This document shows, piece by piece, positions 39,101-51,781 of a DNA stretch of 64,000 nucleotides. Below the pieces are notes generated by a model. It did no database searches. It was given only the letters and a program-made list of their open reading frames with translations, and was not told the DNA's origin. The translations under genes were made by a program, and so were the position numbers. Position 1 is the first letter of the stretch, and every line of letters begins with the position of its first letter. The DNA lies in the NCBI GenBank assembly GCA_026026165.1, contig JAPEUD010000004.1, forward strand, positions 372,001-436,000, written 5' to 3'. Origin of the DNA: Sarea resinae (taxonomy: Eukaryota).

Positions 39101-41541
39101 TGTACCCCTCCCACGAGAGATCGATTGCGATCATCGATCTTCATTTCTGACGAGATGGCCAGCCCAGGTCGAGCAGGTGGGTACACTCCTGAAGTCAAGT
39201 ACTTCGTACATCGTACATACATATCGACTACCTTATGGTAGCGGGTGTGTCGCGCAGGAGGTGGGGTGCGTGGTTGTCGTTGTGCTCGAGAGTGTGGTGA
39301 TTTCAGCTGTCGACAGCCCTGACGCTGACTTGGGACTGCCTGATCTTGCTCGTGCTCCCTGCTTGCCACAGACTGTTGGCGTCGGATTAACCAGGGCTAC
39401 CTCGACCTGCTTGGCGTGACTCCTCACCAATAGAGTATGTAGTACTCTACAGCTGAGCAACCGGAGCCGGGTCATTGAGAAGGTGGAGGGGTCCCTACTA
39501 GGTACCTAAGGTACCTATCCTGCGCTAGCTCTATCCGTCTGTACCTACGGTAGGTACTAGGTAGGCTACCTTACCCAGGTACCTACCTTACCTAGATACC
39601 TCAGCTTAGCCGTGGTACATTCCTAGCCACCTTACCTTGCCTACCAGCAGCCAAGTGCCTTCCAGTTGTGTTGTCTGTCTTTAAACAATGACGTTGGAGT
39701 GCTCGAAAATATATGTCGAAACAGCGCCGAAGTAAGTTGGTCGCCTCGAGGTCTGACAAGATTGGATGCACGATGAGATCCTGCCGCGACCAAAAGAAGT
39801 GCTTTCTGAAGGTCAAAGTCGAATTGGTGTCAACATTCAACTTGGAATATCATGGATACCTCACCCGTGATTGAGGTCGAGGTAAGGACAATGCATGATG
39901 TACATATCAAGATGGATCCAATCATATGGGATTACTTCGTGGCCCGAGCCTTCCAGGTCGAGTTCTGTCTGGCCCTGGAGGTCCACCGAAATCACGGCTG
40001 CCGGTGTGAAGACAGTGGAGAGTGAAGACGCAGTGGGCCTGACCAGAACTCTCTTCGATGAAAGGGCTGACGAGAGAGTCTACGAATCGGCAAAGTGGCT
40101 GGTACCCCGCATTCCATGCTTCTTTACTTGGTCGAGAAGGCCGAGATCTATGGGGACGAGGGTACCGCCAGAGCAGATCGGAGGTATCTGCTTCGACCAT
40201 TGACTCGACTCATTCCCTTCTTTGACTCGCGCGCGCCGTTGACCTGCAGCCAAACAGCTAGCAGCAGCGGCGGCGGCAGCAAGCATCATCAATGCTGGTC
40301 GCCCGGGCTCTCTCTCTCTCTCTCTCTCTCTACTGTCCGCACCTCAGGTTGGACTTCTGCGGCCTCTTACCCGTTGCCCCCCACCGGAGAGTAGAGGGTC
40401 CAAGGACTCGATCATGGGCCATGCGACGGGCTTGGATCCCATACAAGCATGCCCGTATTTAGCATGCCGAGCAGGTATCCCTATAAAGCCAGTAGAGTAC
40501 TACTATGTATGTATGTCCTGCTCCTGGTCAGAACAGTACTATGTAGAAGTCATCTAGATGTCGATGTATTCATCCCACCCCACCATCCATCCATGTGCAT
40601 CTCATCCCGCGACTGACCCGGCCGGCCAGAGAGGGACGTACGGAGTCAGTGTCGTACTTTGTACGTACAGTGCCCCGACGGTGTCCTGGGAGTACCTCGC
40701 CGCGTATCGACTCTACTCGAGGCACCAAGTACGGATACTTCGCACTCGACCCTCAGCTACGCGACGCTACTCCTCGCATACCTTGCAAGCTCCTGACGGT
40801 GCTCGTGCAGTTCAATGGATGGAAGAGAGGAAACGAAGCTAAAAGGTCGCAAGATTCGCAAGTGGCCCCAAGACCCAAGGACTTTTGGACAAGGTCCGCG
40901 TCGGTTCGGCATGGATCAATCATCCAGCTAACGTGCCTTAGTACCTTAGCTATTCATGAGCAGGCCGGCCCGCCATCGTTTGAGTCGTCGCTGACCATTG
41001 AGCGGCCACTGGAGCATGAGCATGTCCTGCCCGCGCCGCAGTGCGACCCCCATCGCGAGGGATGGTCGAGTACCATGTACGCAGCAGTCCTTAGCATCCA
41101 AGCCGACACAGTAGCTCGTGGTTCCTGGTACCAAGGGGTACGAGTAGTGGTGATGGTCGCAGTGGTAGCAGCAGTAGCAGCAGTCGCAGCAGTCGCAGCA
41201 TCAGTACGGGGAGCCCTGAGCCATAGCCTCCCGTATGTAGTGGTACTGCGGACGCCGCTGCCGGTACCTTCTCCGCCGCAGATGGGCGGGGGGGGCATCC
41301 ATCTGGATGGCTTACCTCACACTATGTGCACGACTCTTCTAAGAGACACTGACCGACCAGACAAACCGCCAGCCCGCCCGCCAGCCAGCCAGCCAGCCAG
41401 ATCGGACCGCGAGAAGAGGCACACCAAGGTCGAAAAGAAAAAGCATTGTGTCGAGGAGACGCAGGCCTTACTCCTCATCCCCTCATCACGACCACGCCAG
41501 GCCCCAGCTCTCAACCGTAGCGATCAGCGTCAGCCGGAATC

Positions 41542-44505
41542 ATGTCGGGGGCGCAATATGGAGAGCGTGGGGGTGACATGCGCACCTCCACACTCTCGGA
41601 CGAATTTGAGGCCACGAGCATTGAGGATCGTGCAACCTCTCAGCACATCAATACATCATCTCCTTCTCCACATCGTCGTCGCTTCCCAGCACGGCCGTTC
41701 GATTCTTCTTCGCAGAGCCCGACTTCGACGAGAGCAATTCCGTCGAGGAGAGACACCCCCGAAGGCAAACTGGATTCGTCGCTCGAGGAGAACGCCGCTC
41801 GCAAAGAGCTTCTGCGCGAAGCCTTCTTCCCGGATTGGAAAGATGACGCATCGAGCGCCGATCTCAACAGCCCGGATGAGATGCAGAAGAAGGATCCTCT
41901 GGGGACCCAGATATGGAAGCTCTACACCAAGACGAAGACACAGCTCCCCAACCAGGAACGCATGGAGAACCTGACGTGGCGAATGATGGCCATGAACCTG
42001 AGAAAGCGCAAACAGCTTGAGCAAGAACGGTGCGCCTGGCACAATCCAAGAAGGCATCAAGCATGACTGACTGAAATTTCACGAGCAGGGTATCTCGACC
42101 CTCTCTTACATCGCATCCCCGACCCAGCGGGATCGCCCAACTACGAAAATCGATCGATCAGGAAGCGTCTCAAGCAGACCCTATGAACCTAGATGACTTC
42201 ATCGTCCCAGCATCTATCGGGTCGCCTTCTGGTATCTCACCCTCACCCCCCGCCGACAACATCTCCACTTCCACGAATGCAGTTGCATCCGCGATTCCTA
42301 TCAAGACGAAGAAGGATTCACACCCCGCGCAACCGGCGCAGATTCCACCCGCTTCAGCACCCTATCCGCCCCACAACCGGCAAAGGGATGGTGAATTTGG
42401 TTATGTCCAGCGTCATGTTCGAAAGACGAGTATTGACGAAAGGAGGGTGAGTTTGGTCGAATGTGAATTGGCGGTCCATCTGACAAGTCTAGGCTCGAAA
42501 ACGGCCGGCCAACTTTTCGCCTCAAGTTCCCCCAGTCAACAGTATCATGATACCCAACGACCCCGAAGCTGAAGCTGCACTCAGCAATTATTCCCTCGAT
42601 CAACCTCAATCCGCTCCTTTTCCTCACCATGCCAACGGCCATCCTCAAATTCCTTTCAACCTCGACACGTTTCACATGGATAATGATCCCATCATGACCT
42701 CCGCCGGCTCGTTCCAGCCAAACTTTACCTTTTCTCCTCACGATTCCCCTCTTGTGGCGCATGGACCCTTTTCCAACATGTACAGTAACATGGGATCCTC
42801 TATTAATTCCGCAGACTACTACTCCCCTCCCGGTTCTGCATACCCCTCCACCGCGTCCACTCCTCAGCCCGGTTACGACGGTAACGATGTCTACTTTGAT
42901 CAAAGCTCGATCGAGGTGAGACGGCAACGCCAAGTGCCACCATATGGACCTGCCAACCGTCCTCCCAATTCTTCGAATTCGTCGCAGCCACAGTATATCT
43001 ATAATCCGAATAATGAATCTATATTTAGTGCCGTCAGCCGAGCTGGCCCATCCCCAAGCTATCCTTCTCCTGGGTTTTCGATGCAGCAGCATGTCAATCC
43101 TTCTCAGGTGCTGCAACCGGATTACTCGGCCCGATCTCCGGGAGTGCACATGGCCCGTAACGAGAACATGTTTACCTTTGGTGGAGATTCCGATAATGAA
43201 GACGAAGAGGGCGCCGCTTTTGCAGACCGAACGATGATGATGCAACCGGAGTATTCCCCTATGGATGACCCGGCTCTGGACGTGTCTGCAGGACTGCAGT
43301 GGGACAATGGCTTATCCGGACAATTCAGCGCGATGACCGCCCGATACCCAGGGGGGCCGCCTCGAAAGCAAGTCACCATAGGTGGCGCCGAGATGGTGTC
43401 ATCACCGCAGGATTGGAGCCAGGGCGGAAGCTTGGGACGTGGTATTGGGTCCGCAAGTTCTGTCAGTGATATCCGCAACCGAGGAAATGACTCTCGCAGG
43501 CAAAAGATTCCTCGGACTAGTTCTACACCGAATGCCACCCAGCTTGCCCGGCAGCAGATGAACAATCAAGGCATACAATCTTCCCCGAGTTCACCCCCTG
43601 AATCTGGTTTCAGCTCCGCTGTCCCCTCTCGCCCCGGTAGCCCTGGTGGCGGCAAGGGTGGTGGTGAGCAGAACGGTGTTCCAACGACGTGCACGAACTG
43701 TTTTACTCAGACTACCCCTCTGTGGCGCCGCAATCCAGAAGGTCACCCCCTATGCAACGCATGCGGCCTCTTCTTGAAGCTTCATGGCGTTGTACGACCG
43801 CTTTCGCTCAAAACAGACGTCATCAAAAAGCGGAATCGAGGCAGCGGCAACAGCGTGCCTGTTGGCGCCGCCTCTACTCGTGCATCCAAAAAGGCTTCCC
43901 GCAAGAACTCTGTTCAGCAAACGCCCGTCACTACTCCCACGTCGGGTAAAGCCAACAGCGTCAATGATTCTGAATCGCCGCAGTCGACTCATGGATCCCT
44001 CAACGAGAGCTCGACGGCCGGTAATGCCCGGACTAGCTGTACGCCTACCACGTCGGCGTCCAAATCAGGCGTCATACCCATCGCGGCCGCCCCACCCCGA
44101 CCTACTGCCGCTGCAGCCGGGTCAGCACCAGGGCCTTCGTCCAGTATGGGGTCTGCTCGGACCACCGCTGTCAACGTAGCGCCCAAGCGCCAGCGCCGCC
44201 ATTCGAAAGCTGGCCAGCAGCAGGCTGGAGGCGACACGGAAATGGGCGATGCCGACGACGTGTCCGGGAGGTCTTTGGCATCGAGAGACGCACCTCCGAT
44301 CGCGGCACCCTCTGCAGCGTCGGTTTCGGCGACCATGTTGACGAGCACTCTTCCTCCAGCGAGTGCGAACATACCGGCGCCGGGTCACATGATGAGTGCA
44401 GGGATGGGCACGGGTATGGGGCCAGGGTTGACAACGGCGGTCGGCGGGGGTGTTGGAGGTGGGGCTGGACCGCAGGAGTGGGAGTGGCTGACTATGAGTT
44501 TGTAG
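41542..44505 (+). CDS. areA: GATA-type global nitrogen regulator AreA/NIT2
   Basis: Exons 41542-42029, 42089-42446 and 42493-44505. Motifs [52 protein letters not shown] finger [50 protein letters not shown], and C-terminal EWEWLTMSL. Confidence 0.97.
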
Positions 44506-45559
44506 GGCGTTCTGTCTGGGTTCTGCTTTCGGGCCTTTGCTTCTTCGCCTGATTGCGTTGTTTTGGATACGAGATACGTATGGGCCACACATGCGGAGAT
44601 AGATATGTTGTGTTTATTTGTGCTATGCTCTTGTTCTTCTGGTACGAAAGACGGGTGTTTTTCTGTTTGCTCATGAGGTGGACAAAGACGCGGTGTTATT
44701 CTTTTTTTTAAATTCCTTGCTCTTTTGGTCTTTTGTTTCCGTGTTAGCCTGGCCGCCTTTTTTACTTTTGACTTTTATTTCTTGGTCTTTTGAGCGAGCG
44801 GTACAGATGATCGAGGTCCTCCAAGGGGATATGGATGAGTTCCCTACGTTACTTGTTGGCTGAGGCTCGAGTGGGTATGCTATGGTCGGATAGGATCGGA
44901 TAGGATAGGATGAGATAGGAATCATTGATCTAGGATGATATAGGATAGGCTAGGCTAGGATTAGGATACCCCTCCACTAATGGATGCGCGTTTTTGAAAC
45001 GCCGAAACGCCGTAACAAAACAAGTCGCTGGGCTTTTTTCGGTGGTGGTGTTGTTGTTGCGATACTGTTGTTGTGATACTGTTTTTGTCGTCGTCGTCGT
45101 TGTCTATGTCCTCTAGACGTCCATACTCTATACTCCCTCTCCTTCTCCTTGTCCTCTCCTCTCCCCTTCCTTGAGGTTCCCCCTTGAGAAAAGCAGATTG
45201 ATTGCTTGCTCTATGATCTCTTCTCATCTATCTATCCAGCCAGCCAGCCAGCCAGCCATCCATCCATCCATCCACTCTATCCATCCTTATCCAGCTCTGC
45301 TGTGTTTTCTTATTAGGTCCGATAGATAGGAAGGAAGGAAACAAGGAAACAAGGAAGGAAGGTAGAAAGGAAGAAAGTTGTGGTTGGGTTCGTTGGTCGT
45401 TTGGGGGTGGGGTGGGGTGGTTTAGGTAGAGGGTGGTTAGGGGGTTAGGTAGGTAGGTTTAGGTCTTGGATGGTGAATCTCTGTCTACCTACCTACCTAC
45501 CTACACGCCTACCTACCTACCTACTCTACATACATATCTACCTACTAGCTCTACTTACT

Positions 45560-46100
45560 CTGCCCTCTAAATCGATAAATTCAAATCAACTCTGTCTTCT
45601 AGAAATAAGACTACTTATACAGGAAGGAAAGAAAAGCTATAAGATAGATATATACATATAATTTTAGAGATATCAAAGAGGTTTAAGCGGCTTTAGTTAG
45701 TAGATTAGGGGTTAGGGATTAGAGAGTAGAGGACAGAGGTAAGAGGTTAGAATTTAAGGGCTTTAATATACTAGTTGCTTTTAGTAGTAGAGAAGTGTAG
45801 TAGGTAAAGTAGGTAGAGAGAGTTAGAGCAGTATATCTAGAGCAGGAGTAGAAGAAAGAGTAAGAGTAATAGTAGAAGTAAGAGTAGGAGTAGGAGTATA
45901 GAAGTAAGAGTAAGGATATTAATAGTATTACAGAAAATAAGCTCTTAAAACCACTAATACTTAGACATACTAGACTAGAGAAAAGACGCCTAGTCCCTCT
46001 CTTTATTAAAAAATGAACAGAAAGAAACAGAACTAAACTAAATAGACAGACAGATAATAGAACAGGCTCATAATCCGACAATCTAATAATCTAACAAGAG
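45560..46100. repeat. AT-rich RIP-like relic
   Basis: Sharp GC drop, TpA excess (TAG/TAA/CTA), CpA depletion and a purine-rich + strand. No identifiable element. Confidence 0.55.
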
Positions 46101-46231
46101 ATAGTCGTTTGGTCGGGCCGATGGATGATTTTTTGTCCGTGTAAAGGTATGTGTTAGATAGGACTAGATAGGAGGGGGGACAGGGCAGGACACGGCAGGG
46201 CAGACGTTCTGAGAGGTCTTTCTCTAGTATA

Positions 46232-46297
46232 ATGGTGCGGCGTTCTAGATGGTGTGGCGTACTAGATGGTGTGGCGTACTAGATGGTGTGGCGTACT
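46232..46297 (+). repeat. 17-bp tandem repeat, about 4 copies of ATGGTGTGGCGTACTAG, followed by (GATT)n
   Basis: Read directly from the sequence. The first copy has two mismatches. Confidence 0.85.
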
Positions 46298-46300
46298 GGC

Positions 46301-46333
<33 letters not shown>

Positions 46334-47366
46334 GGATTCAAACTTCTATCTCAGCCGAAAGCCATATTTGACAGAAGTCGGTCTCAAGGATGATTTGATT
46401 TGAGGATCCCTGGCCGCTGGTCCGTGTGGGGTAGGCCGTGTGTATTCGGACTCCAGAGGTAGTGAGAGCCCTGGAGGGTCTGGGGGATCTGGAGGGTATG
46501 CATGGTAGGGTAGGGTAAGTGAGGGAGGAGAGGGGAGGGAAGGGAAAGGGGCCGTTCATTATGTGTTCTGCCTTGAGCATGCCGGTGAAGTCAAAGAAGC
46601 GAAGCGAAGAGAAGACAAGACGTAGAAAGAATGGGGATATATATTCGTCTATGGTCGTTCTATCTCTCTCAGTGTCTCTCTCCCTGTCTCTCCCCATGCC
46701 CGCCACCAACTTTCTCCTCCTCACTCATGTTCTCGTCGCTTCCCGCTCCTATCTCGCCCTTGGTCTCCTATGCCTGTTCATGTGCCTCATACGTTGTATC
46801 TCATTTAGTTGCTTCACCCCGAGTGCGCCCCATCGTTGTCGCAGTCGTAATCGCTGTCAATGCCGGTGTATGCTGTGTCGATGCCCCAGTCACATTGGCC
46901 GTGTCCATCTCAAACCTCTTCCCCGCTCTCCCTTCGCCATCTTTCATTCGTCTCTCTCCGCCCAAGGTCGAGGCCGTCGGGTCTCAGCATGCTTAGCTCC
47001 GGTCCTTGCTAACCTCTAAGAGAGAAGACGATATCGGGTTCCGCCGCTTATTGACCATGACGTCGATTCATTCGCCTCGTAAGCTGACAACCACAAGAAA
47101 GATCCAGCTTCTTTCTGCTCCAGCCAGGAGCAGATATATCTCATGCCAGCTCACACCCCCCAAGAATAGCCACTTACACCACCACAAGGGCAGCGCAGGT
47201 CAGACGAACCGTTCCAGAGAGCAACCAACCGGCCTAGACCCTAATTCGCACCCAATAACCGACCCGCCTCTCTCAAAAAGCGCCAACGCCACCCAGAAGG
47301 AAGGGAAAACGACAAAGAGACATCAAAAGAGGTAACAATGAGCCAGCTGACCGAGATGAAGAATCA

Positions 47367-47927
47367 TCAAAACCCCCGCTCCGTTTCTCGTGCCTCCTGT
47401 GCCTCTCGCGCTTCCTTTTCCTTTTCCTTCTCAGCCGCCGTGGCGGCAGTGCCGGCCCCAGATCCAGCAACCACCTCTTCACCCAATACTTTACTGGCGG
47501 CCATGAACCTGTATGAAATACCAAACGCATTAGCCGATATCTCTCAAACGCAGCCATGGCCGCCCCGTGTTCATGTCCTCACTATACCCTCCGATACAAA
47601 GCCTGCTCCGACGGACCCGGCAGCACGCCCTCCTACCTCGAGCCTACAGAAAATGAGAGAAACGAGAGAAGAGGAGACAACATACAAGCCCCCACTCCAT
47701 CCACCCAAGCCCCGAATGAACTCGGCCTGCACCGCCGTCATACGCAGCAGATTCTCCGTATCCGCCAGGTTCGCTTGCAACTGTGCCAATTGCGCGTGCA
47801 GGTGGCTCAGATGTCGTGGTTTCTGCGACATGGGTGCGCTTGACAGACGCTGTGTGTGGGCGGTGTTGCTGGTGGTGGTGGTGGTATTATTTGTTTGATG
47901 GGGATGGGAGGACGAGGGACGGTGCAT
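47367..47927 (-). CDS. hsk3: DASH/Dam1 kinetochore complex subunit Hsk3
   Basis: Exon 1 is 47927-47686 (a downstream in-frame ATG at MSQKPR is an alternative start). Intron 47685-47509. Exon 2 is 47508-47367. Motif RHLSHLHAQLAQLQANLADTENLLRMTAVQAEFIRGLG..LFMAASKVLGEE. Confidence 0.88.
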
Positions 47928-49095
47928 GGTCGCGATTCGGGCACGGGGTTGCTTTGTGAGACTCGGTGGTGGTGAGAGATAATGGGTGAGATAGAGCCCG
48001 GATCGCAAGCGTACGATGTCGAGGGTTGCTTCGTGATACCAAGATGCCGAGTCCGCGACGCCGGATCTAGCAGCAAGACGTTTGGAGGGGTCCGCTCTGT
48101 AGAGAAGACTGGGGATCGTTTGCGCTCGGCGACTGCCGCTGTCAGGCGGGCTGAGGTAAACATCAATCGCTTACGCCGCAGAGAGACGCGAAGACGCGAC
48201 TCGCTTGCAGCACGTGCATTGGTGGCCCCTCAGCCTCAGCCTCAGCCTCAGCCCCTCGTCTTGCGAGTCGAGATATCAGTCGATGATAAGACTGTCACGG
48301 GAGTCACTGACAGACGTCGACATCAACAATGCATCCGCACACCTAGTACACACCCCAATGTACAGATGAGATCAGATTATCAGACTACAACATCCTATCA
48401 CATCCAATCCCATCGCAACATCAAACTCTCCAAGCGCATGCCTTTCATTCAGCCGACCTTTTCAGTATTAAGTTCCGACTTTCTTTTAGAGGAAGCCACG
48501 TAGATGATACACGGAGCAGCAGAGGCTTACAACAGAGACTTAGATGCCGACTGCCTAATATGCCACGGGATGGGAGGGGATGCGTAGGAATGCAGGACGG
48601 ATGAGAAAAGAGAAAAGAGAAAAAAAACCAGCGCTGACTCCGTGTGAAGAGAGATTCTTTGGGACCATATCCGCAATGGAGAAGGCGTGTGTGCGTATGT
48701 ACTGAGAAAAACAGGAAAGAAAGGAATGAAAATTGTAAACGAGTGTGTTGAGGACCATTACCGCACAGCCAATCTATCCGTCGTTATCAAGGCGTCCGCT
48801 ATTAGCCCTGTGTCCATGGTGCCCCGAGGCACCCCCACCGTCATTGTAAAAACCGATGATGAACCAATTGAAGCAGACAAGTGTATATGCAAGGTGGGGA
48901 AGATGGAAGTGAAAAAGAAGGGGAAAGAAGAGAGGATGCATGTAGCAGTTGCTGAAGACAACTGAAATGAAAACAAACCCAGCCATCAAGTGGACCAGAT
49001 GCAGTCCGAAGTTGATACACCGTACGGCAGTCACTCGAGAAAAGAGAAACTATGCACCCCCCGTCCATCGACATGACCCAAGATCGATCGCTCGA

Positions 49096-51781
49096 TTACC
49101 GGACACCGACTGGTGGTCGAGGTCCGAGGCTGCTCGCACTGCTGTGAGCAGAGTTTTCGGAATCGACATTCGCACTGGCTCCACTATCACCACTCCCCGC
49201 GCTAGCGCTCGCACTTCCCGTCAGACTTCGCACGTTTGGATTTGGAGCGCTTTTGGGTGGGTATAAGGTGCTCACCCCAGCATGTTGTTCGACCTGCTCC
49301 GGAGCCACCGCATTGCCTTGGCCGGGAGGATATCGCGGAACAGGCTGCCGCACTCCTCCCGGAGGAGACGGGCGTCCATTTACAGGCGGCCCGTTAGGAC
49401 CCATATAGCCATTTGGCCCATTCGGCGGCGATGGCCTACCGGCCATTCTCGGGCCCGGACCTGGGCCATATGGATTTCCCGGAGACTGGCTGGTTCGACG
49501 CGACATAGCAGGCATTGGATATGCACCATTCATGCCCGCTAGGCCGCCGCCCTGCTGAAGCTCGTCAAGACGAGCCGCCGTTAGTGAATTTGCCCGAGAT
49601 CCCTCGCCCAGTGTCTTCCGATCAACATTCGCATATCGATTGTCCGCGAAACCCATCAGTGGGTTGTCGAGGATGGAATCGTGAAGACCCGGGATATCCT
49701 GCATCATTCTTGTGCTTGCTCTATTTCGATTCATGCCGGCTCTGGGAGCGCCGAACTGGCTCTGGCGCATGCCTTGAGAATTATACTCGGGATTCTTGCG
49801 TAGTTGGCTCGCGCTTGGGGCTTTCCGAGTGCGCCTAGACGTAACGCTCATCATATCAATATTATCGGGGTTGACTTGAGGCATCGGCGGGCCTCTAGCG
49901 GCCATAGGGTCGAAGAAGTCATCGTCATCATCATCATCGTCAAAGCCGCCTGCATGGGAAGCTGGGGCTCTCCTCGGTCCACGTCGCATGGCGAACTCTT
50001 GCTCTCGCAGCTGAAGCTCCTTTTGCCGCAACATTAGTTCCCTCTCTCTCAACCCGACATCATTGCCGGAAGGCGGAGGAGGCCCCTCTCCATAGCCACC
50101 AAAGGATGGGTCCGACGTGATTGCTTCAGGGATATTGTCATACAGAACAAGATGACTGAACTCTTCAAGATCGCTAGTCTCCATAGATGGCGACATTTGA
50201 TTTCCCGGGTGTGCCGGGTGCGGGGGCCCTCGGGGAGGATAACCGTTGCCGTTCATCTGCCGAGGCGGATAGCCATTCGGTGGAGGCGGGCCCCGTCTCA
50301 TAGGTGGAGGTGGTCCCATTCCAGATGGCGCTCTGCCGCCGCGCATGCCGTTCCTCATTGGACCTGGACCCATTGAGGGACCCATCATTGAGCCGTTCGT
50401 TGCTGGCCTTGGTGGCGCAGAGGATAAGCGTGGGGGAGCCACAATGGGTGAAATAGGAAGAGATGGCGGTGACCGACGAGTCTGGTTGACTACGTTGAAA
50501 TTGTGAAGAAGGGCATACAGCGTCTCAATCCGGGGAACCGGAACCCCAGTCTCCTGCGCAAGCTTGATCGGTGAGCCAAGGTAGGTTTCCACTTCCATTG
50601 GCCGCTTCGCTGAGAAATCCTGGTACATGGTGCTGTTCGTCTCTGCCGGACCCGTCATTGTCTCGAGCGTCTTCTCTTTGAAATCCGAAGGGAAAGCACA
50701 GCCCTGGGCAGTGGCGAGCTGCAGTAATTCGTCGATAACGCCTGATATCATTGACCGTACGCCAACTTTCTCGAGAAGCTCGGCATGTGATGGGGTCTCG
50801 AATAGAACGCTTGCGGGATGGAAGGCAATTGGCCTAGATGAAATTAGTGACCGGATGTGAAAAGCTTGGGCGTACTCCTTACCCAACCATGCGTTCGTAT
50901 TGCTGCTGTCTGATGTTATCTGACACTTTGCAATCGACTTGCCCGGAGCTGAGCGTCATGCAAAGAGCTTCGGCCATATCCGACTGGATCGTCGCTGGAA
51001 TGCCGGGATTTTTGTTCGCTGGGCCCACCCATACTCCCGTAGAGCCTCGATGTTCGAACTCGCTGGGGCCGAGCTGGCTTATCTCTGCTCCAGACACTAG
51101 CGATAGAACCACGTTTGTTGGAAACCTTTGTTCGAGATGCGACTCAATGCCGAGCGTATGCGTGGTGTTGAGAAGGATGCAGGTGTGCTGGGGGGTAACG
51201 ACAGACTCAATGACAGCCGCAAGGTCGTAGACGTCAGGGAGCGCCTTCACGCAGAGCAAAACGTAGTCAAAAGGGCCTTGCTTTCCCGTTGAGGCCTCTT
51301 CCGGTGATCGAACGACTACGAGAGAAACATTAATATCGCGAGCCAAGAACATCTTGTAGGACTCCAAGGCTTACCCGCACGCGGCTTGAACCGTTCGTTG
51401 CCAAATAGCTTGGACCTATGAAAGCGTCAATTCCATGACAGGATCTGCCCATCCACGCTGGCTACATACTTGAACGATATTCCGTATTGTGCGACGGCAT
51501 CGAATCCAGATTTCCATACGAGGGTGACATCACAAGCATTCGTAGCCTGTAGCCTCCAGGAAAGGAACGCCGAGACAGCATTACCGCCAACTACACAGGC
51601 ACTTGTTAGGTCTTTCATCCTCGCGATTGGAAGTAAGAGGTTTGCTCGTGGAAATTTCCTTCCGTCGTCGAAGACGTCTGCGTGCAGATCCGGGAAAAGT
51701 GGAGTACATGGACCGGAACGTGAAACAAGGGAATATTGACTGACCTGATAGAATCCTCAACCGAGGAGCAGCTGGAGCCAT
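49096..51781 (-). CDS. svl3: Svl3/Pam1-family protein (ketopantoate-reductase-like N-terminal domains, Pro/Gly-rich tail)
   Basis: Exons 51781-51745, 51590-51470, 51415-51375, 51315-50883 and 50833-49096. Motifs LRILSVGGNAVSAFLSWRLQ, FDYVLLCVKA, CILLNTT, STMYQDF..PMEVETYLGSPI, PRIETLYALL. Confidence 0.82.

Noticed and set aside
42301..43245. 314-aa antisense ORF, and similar antisense ORFs over the DUF1348, FLC, svl3 and sub2 genes
   Set aside because: Shadows of codon bias on the coding strand, with no recognisable motifs.
44886..44970. GATA-rich array just 3' of areA as autoregulatory sites
   Set aside because: Mostly a (GGATA)n microsatellite. GGATAG does not fit the HGATAR consensus, and the array lies downstream of the gene.
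45430..45720. TTAGGG-like words suggesting a telomere or telomerase RNA template
   Set aside because: Only one or two imperfect units inside low-complexity, RIP-like DNA, and no exact TAACCCTAA template.
46232..46297. Direct repeats as a CRISPR array
   Set aside because: Contiguous 17-bp tandem units with no spacers, in a eukaryotic context with no cas genes.
46330..47300. Small hairpins and ORFs between areA and hsk3 as an ncRNA (SRP, RNase P/MRP, U3) or gene
   Set aside because: None of the conserved boxes were recognised and the ORFs are low-complexity. An Infernal/Rfam scan would settle it.
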